Below are positions 45,501 through 58,889 of a DNA stretch of 64,000 bases, piece after piece. Source of the stretch: Macrostomum lignano (Eukaryota). The notes beneath the pieces are model-generated. The model did not search any database. It was not told the origin of the DNA and saw only the letters and a list, made by a program, of their open reading frames with translations. A program made the translations under genes and the position numbers. The stretch covers positions 192,664 to 256,663 of the forward strand of contig NIVC01001632.1 in assembly GCA_002269645.1 (NCBI GenBank), given 5' to 3'. The stretch's first letter is position 1, and each line of letters opens with the position of its first letter.

Positions 45501-46195
45501 CCCTCCCCGATCCTTCAGCTGCCACCCCTCCCCGATCCCTCAGCTGCCACCCCTCCCCGATCCCTCAGCTGCCACCCCTCCCCGATCCTTCAGCGAGAGT
45601 TGCCAGCCCCTCGCATTCCGCCTATATCCCGCTGCCAATGAAAGCATCCGACGTCACCCGCAATCTGTACTTCCAGTGTCCTGCTCTGCGCCATTGTCAT
45701 CGTGTACCTGAGCTACCGGTTGAATTCGTTGCAGCAGCAGCTTCTCCTAGTTGTCTCCATGCGATCGGGGCACGGGTAAGAAAACAATTTTGAATTGTTT
45801 GAAAGCCGAAATCGTCAATTCTAGGTATCGAAAATCCCAACTCAGCAATCTCATATCCCAACTCAGCAATCGAATATCCCAACTCAGCAATCGAATATCC
45901 CAACTCAGCAATCGAATATCCCAACTCAGCAATCGAATATCCCAACTCAGCAATCGAATATCTCAACTCAGCAATGGAATTGTTCACTCACCACCAAGAA
46001 TCCAGCATTACATATTTTGATATATTTTCAAATATTATTGTACGTGGCATCCCACTGCAATCCCGCAGCCAGTCAGAGGTGGACCATCTGAACTATCGGC
46101 TGGGCAGCATTGTTGAAACTCTGGGCGGCCTGCAGGAGAAGCTGGGCAGCCTGCGGCACCTGCTTCACAATCTAAGGCCTGCAGACAATCGATAG
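39510..46195 (+). CDS. GRAM-domain protein with C-terminal transmembrane helix and short coiled coil (GRAMD2/GRAMD3-like architecture), about 366 aa
   Basis: Exons 39510-39690, 40027-40130, 40242-40343, 42003-42134, 43792-44029, 44981-45098, 45677-45775, 46069-46195; phases are consistent, 1101 nt. GRAM motifs: FGLSLNEKILKSFPCFLVAEILIQGTMTVTQRHICFNSNIPG, FPTGIGV, YVTSRD. TM: ALTVIAFFVLLCAIVIVYLSY. No VASt domain seen. The true first exon is uncertain. Confidence 0.85.
40405..41652. repeat. GA-rich minisatellite (GAGAGGTAGAGGAGAC-type)
   Basis: About 20/39-bp periodicity; ORFs 40249..41785 are artefacts. Confidence 0.95.
43160..43725. repeat. 21-bp AACAAATGGCACCTTCCTATT array
   Basis: About 25 degenerate copies. 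Confidence 0.95.
44105..44945. repeat. Compound array: GTGAATC-containing degenerate units (44105-44530), then 17-bp TTGTGAATCCTCTAGGA (44530-44945)
   Basis: Directly visible. Confidence 0.95.
45140..45595. repeat. About 24-bp CTGCCACCCCTCCCCGATCCTTCAG array
   Basis: About 18 copies. Confidence 0.95.
45830..45975. repeat. 21-bp AATCGAATATCCCAACTCAGC array
   Basis: About 7 copies. Confidence 0.93.
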
Positions 46196-47289
46196 GGTGG
46201 TTGCGGCCCAGTGTTGCTAATCCCAGCCAATTGCAATTGAGCTCAGTTATCTACACAGTCGAATAAGTTCTCATTCTAGTAGAAGTCTTATCCGGTGCCC
46301 CCAATGGTTGATTTGTTCGCTAAGATATTCCCCGGGTCTGGCGTATTCGCAGTTCAATTGCGTTTTAATTGTTAGGTAAATTTGAATTCGCGCCAAAATG
46401 GGAGGATTATTTTTAAACGCAATTTTTTCATCTAAATTTGCTTTAAACCGCTTTGAATAATGTTTGATGTTTTATTAATAATTTGTCACTGGAAGTCTGT
46501 CACTGGAAAACGTAGAATTCTATGTGGAAAATATTTCCGGGTTTTGGCGCGAATTCGAATATCTGTTTACGATTAAGCCAACGATCTGAACGTTTGTCGA
46601 TAGAGGCATACGCGTTATTTTTCACGTATCAATAATTTTGCCGCCCCTCAGTTCCTCTGGTGGTATATTTCCATTTTGTTCAAGTCTTTGTACAGAAATT
46701 GAATTGGCCTTGTTTTCTTTTTGTTTTTAAAGCAACTCTTAATCCAGGTAAATGGTAGGGTTGCCGTTGTTTTTAATCTGCCTAAAAGCACACTGCGCCA
46801 GTTAAAAGATGCTTCTTATGTTAATTACTCAACAGGTTGCAATGCAATTAGTGCATTTTCTTGTGTCAAAAATATCGATTGAATATTTATTGAACTTCGA
46901 GCCAATTCTGCGGCCGCCACACGTGTACACTTTTGCGCACGAGTCAATAAGTCACAATGTACTGCTGAGTATGGTGAGTCTTGTCGCCTTTGGCTGTTAT
47001 GCCGAACTGCAACAATGCTAATTCTAGAGTGCTAATTTTCATAATATGCCTAAATACAAGTGCTTTATATTAATCTGCTGCAGGGCTTGTAGATCTTTCA
47101 AATACTGTTGCTGTCATTTCGGCTGCTTTATTTCTTTTCTTCAAGATCATCGCTATAAACTGTGCAAAAATTCTGCATTTAGGGACTAGTGATGAAGGAA
47201 AACAGTACAGGTCCTCAAGGGCTGCCAATTGGGTTCCTAAATCCGTGCTATGGTCTCCAAGGGTCAGGGCCTGTGAGGTAGTCAGAGTT

Positions 47290-47548
47290 TCTGCATGATG
47301 TCGTCAGGGTCTCTGATGGTGCCAGAGTCTGCATGATGGTGTCAGGGTCTCTACATGATGGTGTCAGGGTCTCTGCATGATGGTGTCAGGGTCTCTGCAT
47401 GATGGTGTCGGAGTATTTGATGTCGGGGTATTTGAGGGTGTCAGGGGTCTCTGATGGTGTCGGGGTATTTGAGGGTGTCAGGGTCTGAGGGTGTCGGGGT
47501 ATTTGAGGGTGTCAGGGTCTGAGGGTGTCGGGTATTTGAGGGTGTCAG
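47290..47548. repeat. Degenerate GGTGTCAGGGTCT array
   Basis: Short imperfect units between the convergent gene ends. Confidence 0.8.
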
Positions 47549-47821
47549 CTAGTAGGGCCTCGATCTACTAAATGGTGTCTCACGGCATAGAGACACTTGA
47601 TAACAAGTGCAAAGAATTACATGATAGGCTGTTGTACATGTGTATTTTAACACTGTTTAGATCGGATAGGTTTGTACATGTAAGATAGTTCTTTCTTTAT
47701 ACACTACTGTTAGTAGATGAATTCGATCGAAAAACATCGCGATTCATATGGACCAGTTGAATGCTAACTTCGATCAGAAGAGTGCAATTGATAAAAAATA
47801 GATTGAAAGTGGCCGCACAGG

Positions 47822-50800
47822 CTACTCGTTGTCAACAAGGGCAGCTGAGAACTCCTCGTAGTTGATCATCCCGTCGCCGTTGATGTCGGCAGCTGCGATC
47901 ATCTCGTTGGCCTCCTCGAGAGTCATTCTGTCGCCGCGGGTGGTCAGAATAGTGCTGGAATGAAGTTGTGATAAGTACACAGTACATGCACATTGACCAT
48001 GGGGAGTGGCACATACCAATAATTACGGTTAATTAAGGGTGTGGCGAACCAGCTAGCATCACTAAGCTCGGAGGGTGTGGCGAACCAGCTAGCATCACTA
48101 CAGATCAGAGGGTGTGGCGGACCAGCTAGCATCACTATAGACCGGAGGGTGTGGCGGACCAGCTAGCATCAACTGGAGACCGGAGGGTGTGGCGGACCAG
48201 CTAGCATCACTATAGACCGGAGGGTGTGGCGGACCAGCTAGCATCACTATAGACCGGAGGGTGTGGCGGACCAGCTAGCATCACTATAGACCGGAGGGTG
48301 TGGCGGACCAGCTAGCATCACTATAGACCGGAGGGTGTGGCGGACCAGCTAGCATCACTATAGACCGGAGGGTGTGGCGGACCAGCTAGCATCACTATAG
48401 ACCGGAGGGTGTGGCGGACCAGCTAGCATCACTATAGACCGGAGGGTGTGGCGGACCAGCTAGCATCACTATAGACCGGAGGGTGTGGCGGACCAGCTAG
48501 CATCAACTGGAGACCGGAGGGTGTGGCGGACCAGCTAGCATCAACTGGAGACCGGAGGGTGTGGCGGACCAGCTAGCATCACTATAGACCGGAGGGTGTG
48601 GCGGACCAGCTAGCATCACTATAGACCGGAGGGTGTAGCGGTCTGAATCCCCACAGTCAGTTCGATGCCGACAAGCAGCTGACCGCAGCTCGTCAACAGT
48701 GATGTAGCCCCGTTTCTGGGTGTCAAACACGAGAAAAGCGCTCCGAATTTCGTCCTTAGTGACCGGCTTATTGATGTGGCGAACCATCAGGTTGAGAAAC
48801 TCCAAAAAGTCAAGGTTGCCGCTTCCTGAAGTTCAGTAGAGGTAAATGCGACACTGAGCTGACACAATAGATGTTAGATAGAAGCTATTCATTACGCCTG
48901 ATGCCAAGAATTCATAGATAATTCATGCCAGACTGTTTCGGGTATTGCTCATTATTATGCATGCTCTCTTTCACTGAACAGAACTTGAGCCATGATCTCT
49001 CCATATATCTCTGCGATCAATCTATACATCTAGTGCGTCTGGAATTTACTAACACCTTTGAACTAATGCTATCACAGTTAAAACTCTAGTGTCAGCTTGC
49101 CGCGTGATTGAAGAGGCTTGTCCGGGTGTGCGAGAGCGAGAGTGAGTGAGTGAGAGATAGAGGTCTGAGGAAGCGAGTCTGTTTGCATCTTTAGAATGCT
49201 TACCAAGCAGCAATGAAGTTAAAAAAAACTCTGTAGGTAAGCTCAGCCTCATGTGATTACACCTTTCCTACTCTTTCACTCCTTCCTTTTCTTTCTCACG
49301 ACTCTATTTCTCATCTATTTAATTCTCCCTTCCCCCTCGTTTTCCCCTTTTTCTCTCCCCTCTTTCCCTCCCCTCTGTCTCTCCCCTCTTTCCCTCCCCT
49401 CTGTCTCTCCCCTCTTTCCCTCTCCTCTGTCTCTCCCCTCTTTCACTCCCCTCTTTCTCTGCCCTCTGTCTCTCCCCTCTGTCTCTCCCCTCTGTCTCTC
49501 CCCTCTGTCTCTCCCCTCTTTCCCTCCCCTCTGTCTCTCCCCTCTTTCACTCCCCTCTTTCTCTCCCCTCTTTTTCTCCCCTCTGTCTCTCCCCTCTTTC
49601 TCTCCCCTCTGTCTCTCCCCTCTTTTTCTCCCCTCTGTCTCTCCCCTCTTTCTCTCCCCTCTGTCTCTCCCCTCTTTCTCTCCCCTCTGTCTCTTCCCTC
49701 TTTCCTTCCCCTCTCTTTCTCTCTCCTCTGGCTCTCCTCTCCTCTCCATCTCTCCCCTCTTTCTCTCCCCTCTTTTTCTCCCCTCTTTCTCTCTCCTCTT
49801 TCTCTCCCCTCTGTCTCTCCCCTCTTTCTCTCCCCTCTGTCTCTCCCCTCTTTTTCTCCCCTCTGTCTCTCCCCTCTTTCTCTCCCCTCTGTCTCTCCCC
49901 TCTTTCTCTCCCCTCTGTCTCTTCCCTCTTTCCTTCCCCTCTCTTTCTCTCTCCTCTGGCTCTCCTCTCCTCTCCATCTCTCCTCTCTTTCTCTCCCCTC
50001 TTTCTCTCCCCTCTGTCTTTCTTAAGTCTTTTTTATCTTTCTTCTGCTCTCTTGATAATCTCTTATATCCACTACTCTCTCTTGTCGCCTCTCAACTGTT
50101 ACTCTCACATTTGCCTGCGCCAACTGTGGGCATGTATATACGAGACCCCCGTTATTATAAAAGAGCTGAACTTGTTTTTTTTTCATTTGCTTGATCGAAA
50201 GTCCCAGTTAGATTTACGGTAAGCTGGCCAGCACAGTAAGATAATCCGTGCCTTCATTAACAGCATTGCAGCCCTGGGGGCAAAGCTTTTAATACTGCTT
50301 GCCTTCATCGGCGGGAATCAGTTCAGCTTTTCAACATTAAGTATATAAGTACTTGCTTTGTTGACAGGTGTATTTACGTGTGTATGACGTGAGTGAGTGA
50401 GTGGTGAGTGAGTGAGTGAGTGAGTGAGTGAGTGAGTGAGTGAGTGAGTGAGTGAGTGAGTGAGTGAGTGAGTGAGTGAGTGAGTGAGTGAGTGAGTGAG
50501 TGAGTGAGTGAGTGAGTGAGTGTCTGAGTGAGTGAGTGAGTGAGTGAGTGAGTGAGTGAGTGAGTGAGTGAGTGAGTTAGTGAGTGAGTGAGTGAGTGAG
50601 TGAGTTAGTGAGTTAGTGAGTGAGTGAGTGAGTGAGTGAGTGAGTGAGTGAGTGAGTGAGTGAGTGAGTGAGTGAGTGAGTGAGTGAGTGAGTGAGTGAG
50701 TGAGTGAGCGGTGAGTGAGTGAGTGAGTGAGTGAGTGAGTGAGTGAGTGAGTGAGTTAGTGAGTGAGTGAGTTAGTGAGTGAGTGAGCGAGTGATGAGTG

Positions 50801-52175
50801 AGTGAGCGAGTGATGAGTGAGTGACTGAGTGACTGAGTGACTGAGTGACTGAGTGAGCGCACTTTTTGCGGCTAACCCAGACCAGACTGACAACAAACAT
50901 AAGAGCAAAATTTCATCACAATTGCTAATGGGAATAATCTTTCACGCTGTTAGTTTCCCATCTGTCAGCATTGCTGCCTTGTAACCGAAAACTAACGAAT
51001 GCTTTAGAAACATGAGATGCGGCATTTTTCAGCCAATTTCTTTGTCCATCAAATTTCCCGTTTTGGAAATCCCTCCCCTCTTGCTTTCATGCTAATTTCG
51101 CTGCCGTGTTATTCTGCTACATGGGTGGACCGCGATCCGAGGCTGAAGATGAAGGAATTTGTTGAATCAAATTTCACAGCTTCTGCGTGTGTATTGTTTG
51201 ATAAAATTCTCCCGCTACTACCCGCTGCCTGCGTTCAGTTTCTTGAGCAGAGGAGAGACAGTTCCTGCTCGATCTTCTTCAACTATCCCATTTTCATCTT
51301 GGGCTTGTGTCCGACTCTCTCATTGAAATAAGTTTTAGAGTGACCGGGACCTTCACCGGGTGTCCGAGACCTTATGTGTCCGAAACTGTTACGGTACGTC
51401 CAAGACTTTTACGAATAGCTAAGACTATTCCGGGTTGTCCGAGACTGTTTTGGAGTGTCCGAGACTGTTATGGAGTGTCAGAGACTGTTATGGAGTGTCC
51501 GAGACTGTTATGGAGTGTCCGAGACTGTTTTGGACTGTCCGAGATCGTATCAAGGTGTTCGATGCTGTAGCAGGTTGTCTGAGACATATTATGTGGTGTC
51601 CGAGACTTTTATCACGGTGTCCAAGACTGTCCCGGAGTGTCGAAGACTGCTATGTTGCTTGGTCCGAGATTGTCGCAGGTCTGGCAGTTTCGTGGATGTC
51701 TGAGTCTTTCAGGGAGTGTCTGAGGCTGTCAGGGAGTTCTGAGGCTGTTACAGGGTGTCTGTGGCTGTCAGGGAGTGTCTGGGGCTGTCAGGGAGTGTCT
51801 GGGGCTGTCGGGGAGTGTCTGGGGCTGTCAGGGAATGTCTGGGGCTGTCAGGGAGTGTCTGGGGCTGTTACGGAGCGTTATAATTGCATACATGTAGTAA
51901 CAGACAGCCACGAACTCTTATAAAGTCACATCTCCGCAAATCTTACGGTCCTCGTCCACCTGTCTGATGAGCACGTCAAGGTCGTCCTCCCTGACGTGCA
52001 GGCCCATGGAGGTCATGATGTCGGACAGCTCAGCGATGTCAATTGTCCCGCTGCCGTCGTGGTCGTAGCGCTGGAACGCTTCGAAGTATTCGATCATCTG
52101 CTCGCGACTGAGCTCCCGGAGCAGGTCTTCTTCCAGGGTGCTTCCCGAGCTTTTTTCTTTTCTCCGTCGGCTCAT
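47822..52175 (-). CDS. Calmodulin-like EF-hand protein, 167 aa
   Basis: Minus-strand exons 52175-51947, 48825-48684, 47954-47822; phases 1 and 2 match, 504 nt. EF loops: DHDGSGTIDIAE, DEDRSGNLDFLE, DTQKRGYITVDE (degenerate), DINGDGMINYEE. Confidence 0.92.
48035..48640. repeat. 37-bp GGGTGTGGCGGACCAGCTAGCATCACTATAGACCGGA array (intron of the CaM-like gene)
   Basis: About 16 copies. Confidence 0.96.
49315..50030. repeat. CT-rich low-complexity array
   Basis: TCTCTCCCCTCT units. Confidence 0.93.
50388..50858. repeat. (TGAG)n microsatellite
   Basis: Directly visible. Confidence 0.98.
51340..51872. repeat. Degenerate 20-bp TGTCCGAGACTGTTATGGAG / GTCTGGGGCTGTCAGGGAGT arrays
   Basis: 20-bp periodicity. 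Confidence 0.85.
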
Positions 52176-52504
52176 TTCGCTCTGATCGATGGCCTCAGAT
52201 TTTCTCAGACTGCTGTGAGCACGGCTGACTGTCAAACACAGTTGGAGTCTGGGGCTGATATAGCGAGTGCCTTTGTTTGCTCAGCACAGCGCCTCAGTGC
52301 CCTCTGCATTCGCAGCGCACTACGATAATTACGAGTCATTGGTTTGGAGTTTTGATGCGCTGACCACTGAGTTATCTGCTCTGTTTGCTGTTTGCCCTGC
52401 CTTCTCTTTCTCGAGTGCTGCTGAGAGCAGTGAGAATATAGAAAATTGAATTATAATATGAGCTGAATTCGAAATTTTGAGTTTTGGGTATTGGCATTTT
52501 GGAT

Positions 52505-53022
52505 GTGATATTTGGGTATGGGAATTAGAGTATGGGAATTAGGGTGTTGGAATTAGGGTATGGGAATTAGGGTGTTGGAATTAGGGTATGGGAATTAGGG
52601 TATGGGAATCAGGGTATGGGAATCAGGGTATGGGAATCAGGGTATGGGAATTAGGGTATGGGAATTAGGGTATGGGAATTAGGGTATGGGAATTAGGGTA
52701 TGGGAATTAGGGTATGGGAATCAGGGTATGGGAATCAGGGTATGGGAATCAGGGTATGGGAATTAGGGTATGGGAATCAGGGTATGGGAATTAGGGTATG
52801 GGAATTAGGGTATGGGAATTAGGGTATGGGAATTAGGGTATGGGAATTAGGGTATGGGAATTAGGGTACGGGAATTAGGGTATGGGAATTAGGGTATGGG
52901 AATTAGGGTATGGGAATCAGGGTATGGGAATCAGGGTATGGGAATCAGGGTATGGGAATTAGGGTATGGGAATTAGGGTATGGGAATTAGGGTATGGGAA
53001 TTAGGGTATGGGAATCAGGGTA
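52505..53022. repeat. 14-bp GGGAATTAGGGTAT array
   Basis: About 35 copies with TTAGGG/TCAGGG variants. Confidence 0.97.
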
Positions 53023-54069
53023 AGGGATTTATAATTCGAGATTAATAAATTAAAGGTTCTTTAATTTTGCATTTAGGGCCAAGGAAGGCACACTTGTGCA
53101 GCTTTCCTGCTCGCTATCAGTCTCGCAGTCATTCGTTTCTCTATTGGGAATTGTTCTATCAGACATTCTGCTACAGCCGCCTGTCTTGCAGTCATTGCTG
53201 CTGTGCCTTGAATGACTCGCTAAGGCAAGCCAAGCGCCACGGATCTGAGCAGCTGGTCTCTGGCCAGCCAACCACCGTGCAGCGAAGAACAACAGACCGC
53301 ATGGAGTATAGATATCGTAGAGGCGGAGGTGTTCTCAAGCTTTGAAGAGTTGAATTAAACTCTATACAGAGTTTTACTCGCTGCCATAGTCGGGTGGCTG
53401 CTGCTTCTAGGGGAAGCGGGGCGCAAATTAGCTATTGTTCTCTTTCCTGGCGAATTTTTAGCCTGGACTGCAACTGAAGCTCCTGGAGGCAAGAGAAATG
53501 AGAAGGTGGACTAGAGGGTCAAGCAGCTGTCAGTGGGGATCCTCTCTGTCAAGGACTTCTAGAGTAAATCATTTGGAAAAGAAACTTCCTTTTCTTGCTT
53601 GCTGAAGAACTTATTCCAGAAAAATGTAAAAGAAATATAAAACTAGAAACATGAAAAACTCGATTAAAACTCAACAGATTTCCAGTCTCACTTTGATGAA
53701 GAGAATGAAGAATTTCGGCCAGTCCAATTTCCACTCCAGTTGCACGATCTGGAACTCCATGCGTCTGTTTCTATTATAACTTCTCTGTTCCACACAAAAC
53801 TAGCAAAACTGCGAGCACATTGAGCAGCGCGTGCTGCCAGTGTGGACTGTCATTGCTGACTTCTTAATGCCTTGAAATTGCTTTACTATTTGTGCGCGAG
53901 CTCGGCAGATGTTAGACGGGCGTAGAGAAGGGTTGGGGAGTGACTCAGGGATCTCAATACCCCTTGATATCAGCGCTGCTAGAAATTATTGCTATTAAAT
54001 TCTCATTGACAACGTTACGAACTCAAGCCGAAAATTGTGACAAAAATGTCAGTTCTACTCCTGAATTTG

Positions 54070-54745
54070 GTTCTGACTTTTGCCCCCCCCCGAATTTTGA
54101 CCCCCCCTATTTTTTTGACCCCTCTAACTTTCCCCCCCGACTTTGCCCCCCCCCACAACTTCCCCCGAAATTTTGCAGTCCATGACTTTTGCCCCCCCTC
54201 CGACTTTTGCCCCCCTCCGACTTTTGCCCCCCTCCGACTTTTGCCCCCACCGACTTCTGCCCCCCCCGACTTTTGCCCCCCTATTTTTTGACCCCCCTAA
54301 CTTTTGCCCCCCCCCCGAATTTTGCCCCCCCTGACCCCCGACTTTGCCCCCACGACTTCCCCCCAACTTTTGCAGTCCACGACTTTTGCCCCCACCGACT
54401 TTTGCCCCCTCAGACTTTTGCCCCCCCCCCCCGAATTTCTCCCCACGACTTTTGCCCTCCGACTTTTGTCCCCTCCGACTTTTCCCCCCTACAACTTTTG
54501 CCCTCCGACTTTTGCCCCCACCGACTTTTGCCCCCACCGACTTTTGCCCCCACCGACTTTTGCCCCCACCGACTTTTGCCCCCACCGACTTTTGCCCTCC
54601 GACTTTTGCCCCCCTCCGACTTTTGCCCCCTCCGACTTTTGCCCCCCTACGACTTTTGCCCCCCCTTTTGAAACCTTTCGATTTGCCCCCTGACTTTTGC
54701 CTTCCCCGACTTTTGCCCCTTAACTCCCCCCAACTTTTGCCTCCC
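54070..54745. repeat. C-rich CCGACTTTTGCCCCCC array
   Basis: About 16-17-bp units; ORFs 53940-54835 are artefacts. Confidence 0.93.
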
Positions 54746-55749
54746 GACCTTAATCCACTTTTAGTATTGGTCACAATATTTACCCAAATATGGAGTCCGC
54801 AGTGTAAAAAAATTCTTTACAATATGCGACGATAACAAGGCACTTAAAGCACTTATCACTCAGTCAAGTGTTGCAGAAAAAGCAGAAGTAAAAGAAAAAT
54901 TCGTATAAACTTGGAGACTTGACCCGAATTTTGGCCAATTCCAGAACTGCACCACCCGCGCCTCACTGCGTAACTACAGGATTTGGAACTTCGGCAGTCT
55001 CGGAGACAAAGCTGTTTACTACCATATGAGGACTCCGCGCACGCTATTCGATAATTCGTCCCTGCTGCGCTGTGAAGATCGGCAATAGGAGAAGATTGAT
55101 TGCCGGATTTCTTCTTTTAGAAGCAGCGGCAGCGTGTTAGGCCTCTGGCCGGGGCTTCTTTGTTTGCATTTATTTTTGCCTGTTTTCTCTCCTCCCCCGG
55201 CTTCGCACGCACCAGCTTCTCCATCATTCTTGTCTGGCGAAAGCGCATTTTTTTGTCTCCAAAAAAGAGGGCCAACCCCTAGGCTTCTAAGTGGCGGCTC
55301 CCACAGCCGCAACTTGCCGTTGTCTGGCTGGCCAGTTTCTCTGTGTATCGCTCATCGACTTTTCTCTTTGGAGGACTTCTTTAGTTTTTTTTGTCGTTAC
55401 TTGAAGCAGAGGCCTGGCCCAGTTGCGGGGTGGCAACGGTCTCGCTGTGTCGCTAAGCAGCTGCAGGCTGTTGATCGGGAGAGAGAGAGAGAGCGCGCGC
55501 TCGAATGCTTCCATTATTCACGCCATGAGTTGAAGTAGCGAAACAAGAATGGAAGAAAAGTGTAGCATGAACCGAAATTGCCAGGAAAAGTGTCGAAATG
55601 GGCCTAATATGATCAGCTTGAGAGTTGATGAATATCTTCTGTTGGGGTTGAAAGTTAGAAGTATCTGTTATAATTACTTCGAGTGGCTAAATAATGCTAT
55701 TCATTTATTGAATATAGTGTCTGTATAAGCCTCACTAACAGTTGGCGCA

Positions 55750-56435
55750 ATTTCCAGCAGTTTACTTGAGAATTCCAGCAGTTTACTTGAGAATTCCAGC
55801 AGTTTACTTGAGAATTCCAGCAGTTTACTTGAGAGTTTCAGTAGTGAACCTGAGAATTCCAGTAGTGTACCTGAGAATTCCAGTAGTGTACCTGAGAATT
55901 CCAGTAGGGTACCTGAGAATTCCAGTAGTGAACCTGAGAATTCCAGTAGTGAACCTGAGAATTCCAGTAGTGTACCTGAGAATTCCAGTAGGGTACCTGA
56001 GAATTCCAGTAGTGAACCTGAGAATTCCAGTAGGGTACCTGAGAATTCCAGTAGTGAACCTGAGAATTCCAGTAGGGTACCTGAGAATTCCAGCAGTTTG
56101 TACTTGAGAATTCCAGTAGTGAACCTGAGAATTCCAGTAGTGTACCTGAGAATTCCAGTAGGGTACCTGAGAATTCCAGTAGTGAACCTGAGAATTCCAG
56201 TAGTGAACCTGAGAATTCCAGTAGGGTACCTGAGAATTCCAGTAGTGAACCTGAGAATTCCAGTAGTGAACCTGAGAATTCCAGTAGTATACCTGAGAAT
56301 TCCAGTAGGGTACCTGAGAATTCCAGTAGTGTACCTGAGAATTCCAGTGGGGTACCTGAGAACTCCAGAAGTGTACCTGAGAATTCCAGTAGTGTACCTG
56401 AGAATTCCAGTAGTGTACCTGAGAATTCCAATACC
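55750..56435. repeat. 21-bp GTACCTGAGAATTCCAGTAGT array
   Basis: About 32 copies. Confidence 0.96.
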
Positions 56436-57269
56436 CGAGATTGCCCGAGATTGACACAATCGCCTTTATAAAGTAAAAAAACATCGCCGCTTCTCAGGCC
56501 TGATTGACAGCAGCCAATCAGGCACGCCTTCACCCGACAAAAGCTTAAAAAAGTCCACAGTGCAGCCGTCAGCTCTGACGCCACCCCACCGCCCCAGGTG
56601 ACACCTTAGCCGCTATCTATTCTAACAGCAGCTCAAACTCTTGACAAGAATTCCGCACCTCAGCCAAGATCTCTTCCCATAAACAAGCAGGCCGACAATG
56701 AATGACGGTGCAGCAAAGTTCTCTTCTCGCATTCACCGCCATAATTAGCGATGCAGAACAGAGGCTGAGCCAAGTCCTGCTTTAGTAACGGGCCCGCGCA
56801 GATCTTATCCCTCCAAAAATGTGCTGGGGTCAGGCCGCAGTCACCGCCTTCTATTCTCGTTTCCTTTATCCTATTCAAGGCTCCCCAGTGCTGCCGCTCA
56901 TGCCAGCGAGTCACGCCTCGTCCCCAGCTCGTATCGGGCGGCCTGCGTACTCAGCCCCCCCCCCTCAGCCCGGGCCGCACGCACCGCTTCAGTCCTGAGG
57001 CGCGCGCTGTTTTGGGAACCAGAAAGAGCGATATAATCGGCTAATTCGCATTCAAGTCCACCCGGTGGGAAAGGGGGTGGAGAATGGGGAGACGAGATGA
57101 GAGGAAGTCGTGTCGGTGCTTTTAACTCTGCTCAGCTTTGGCAAATTCAAGTAACTTTGGATTATGAGTAGCTTCTAGCGGTGGGCACTCCTGTTCGACC
57201 CAGTGGGTCGGAGATTGCTGACCGGGAAATCAGGGCTGGAGGCCTGCTCTGTGCTGCCGTGTCCAAGCA

Positions 57270-57942
<673 letters not shown>

Positions 57943-58889
57943 GCTCAAGAGTCGCTCCGCACAGACCAGATCATGCCGGTGTCGGAGTCCGGGCAGTGCC
58001 GCCCTCAAAGGCTGGCAGGGGAGAAGTGGCGCAGAGCTGCTTGTAAAGTTAAAGAGCCCCTGGGCTTGGATTAATGATCAAGTTGCAGGCTGAAGCTCAA
58101 GTGGTCTCCCCTGACTTCCCCGCTGCCTCCGTTCTCTCGCGCATCAATTATTCAGCCGGAGGAGCGGCCGCCACCTCCCTGATTCCCGAGCCGCGCTTTG
58201 GTCCGGCTGTCAAGCCAAGTGTACTTGAGCGCGTGCTGTTTGTACTCCACAACTCCAGTCGGCCATCTCGCATCCACGCGAGTTAAAAATCGTGAAATTC
58301 AATGCCCGCCTGATGGTGCTTACAGCATCTCTCTCTGGCAGAACAGCTTTCTCCTAAATCTATACCAAAAGAAGCCGAAAACTGGTTTCTGAATAGCGAT
58401 ATGTATGCTAATACTCCCGCTGAGCACAAGTGGCACTGTGGCGCTTTGTTTTACAATTGTTTTTAAAGTTGGAGAGCACATGTACGAATACGTCAGTAGA
58501 AAAAAAGCTTTAAAAGTAGTAAAAAATCGGTAAAGGTACATTGCGACAGAACTAAAGCAGGTGACTCTTAATTTGTGTCACTTCTGAACTCATAAAGTCA
58601 TTTTTGTTCGATTTCTTCTTCTACTTATGCCTGTATGGTTGTTGAGATCTGCTTGCTTTGACTTTAAAAGTCACGGTTTATAGACATTGGCTGAGGATCA
58701 TATCTACAAGGAAACTGGACATCATTACTATAGCTATCGAGAAAGGTTTGGAGGGCAAGGTCTGCTGAGCAATCAACTGCATGCGGTACTTAATAAGCAA
58801 ATTATACACATAGATTTGGAAAGAAGGTTATAGATCTGTAAACAGGATGATAGAGACTAGTAAGATAAGAATAGAGATAGGTGTAGATG

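Noticed and set aside
55019-55538. Overlapping ORFs on both strands in a moderately GC-rich patch
   Set aside because: No domain or consistent codon signature; may be UTR or regulatory sequence.
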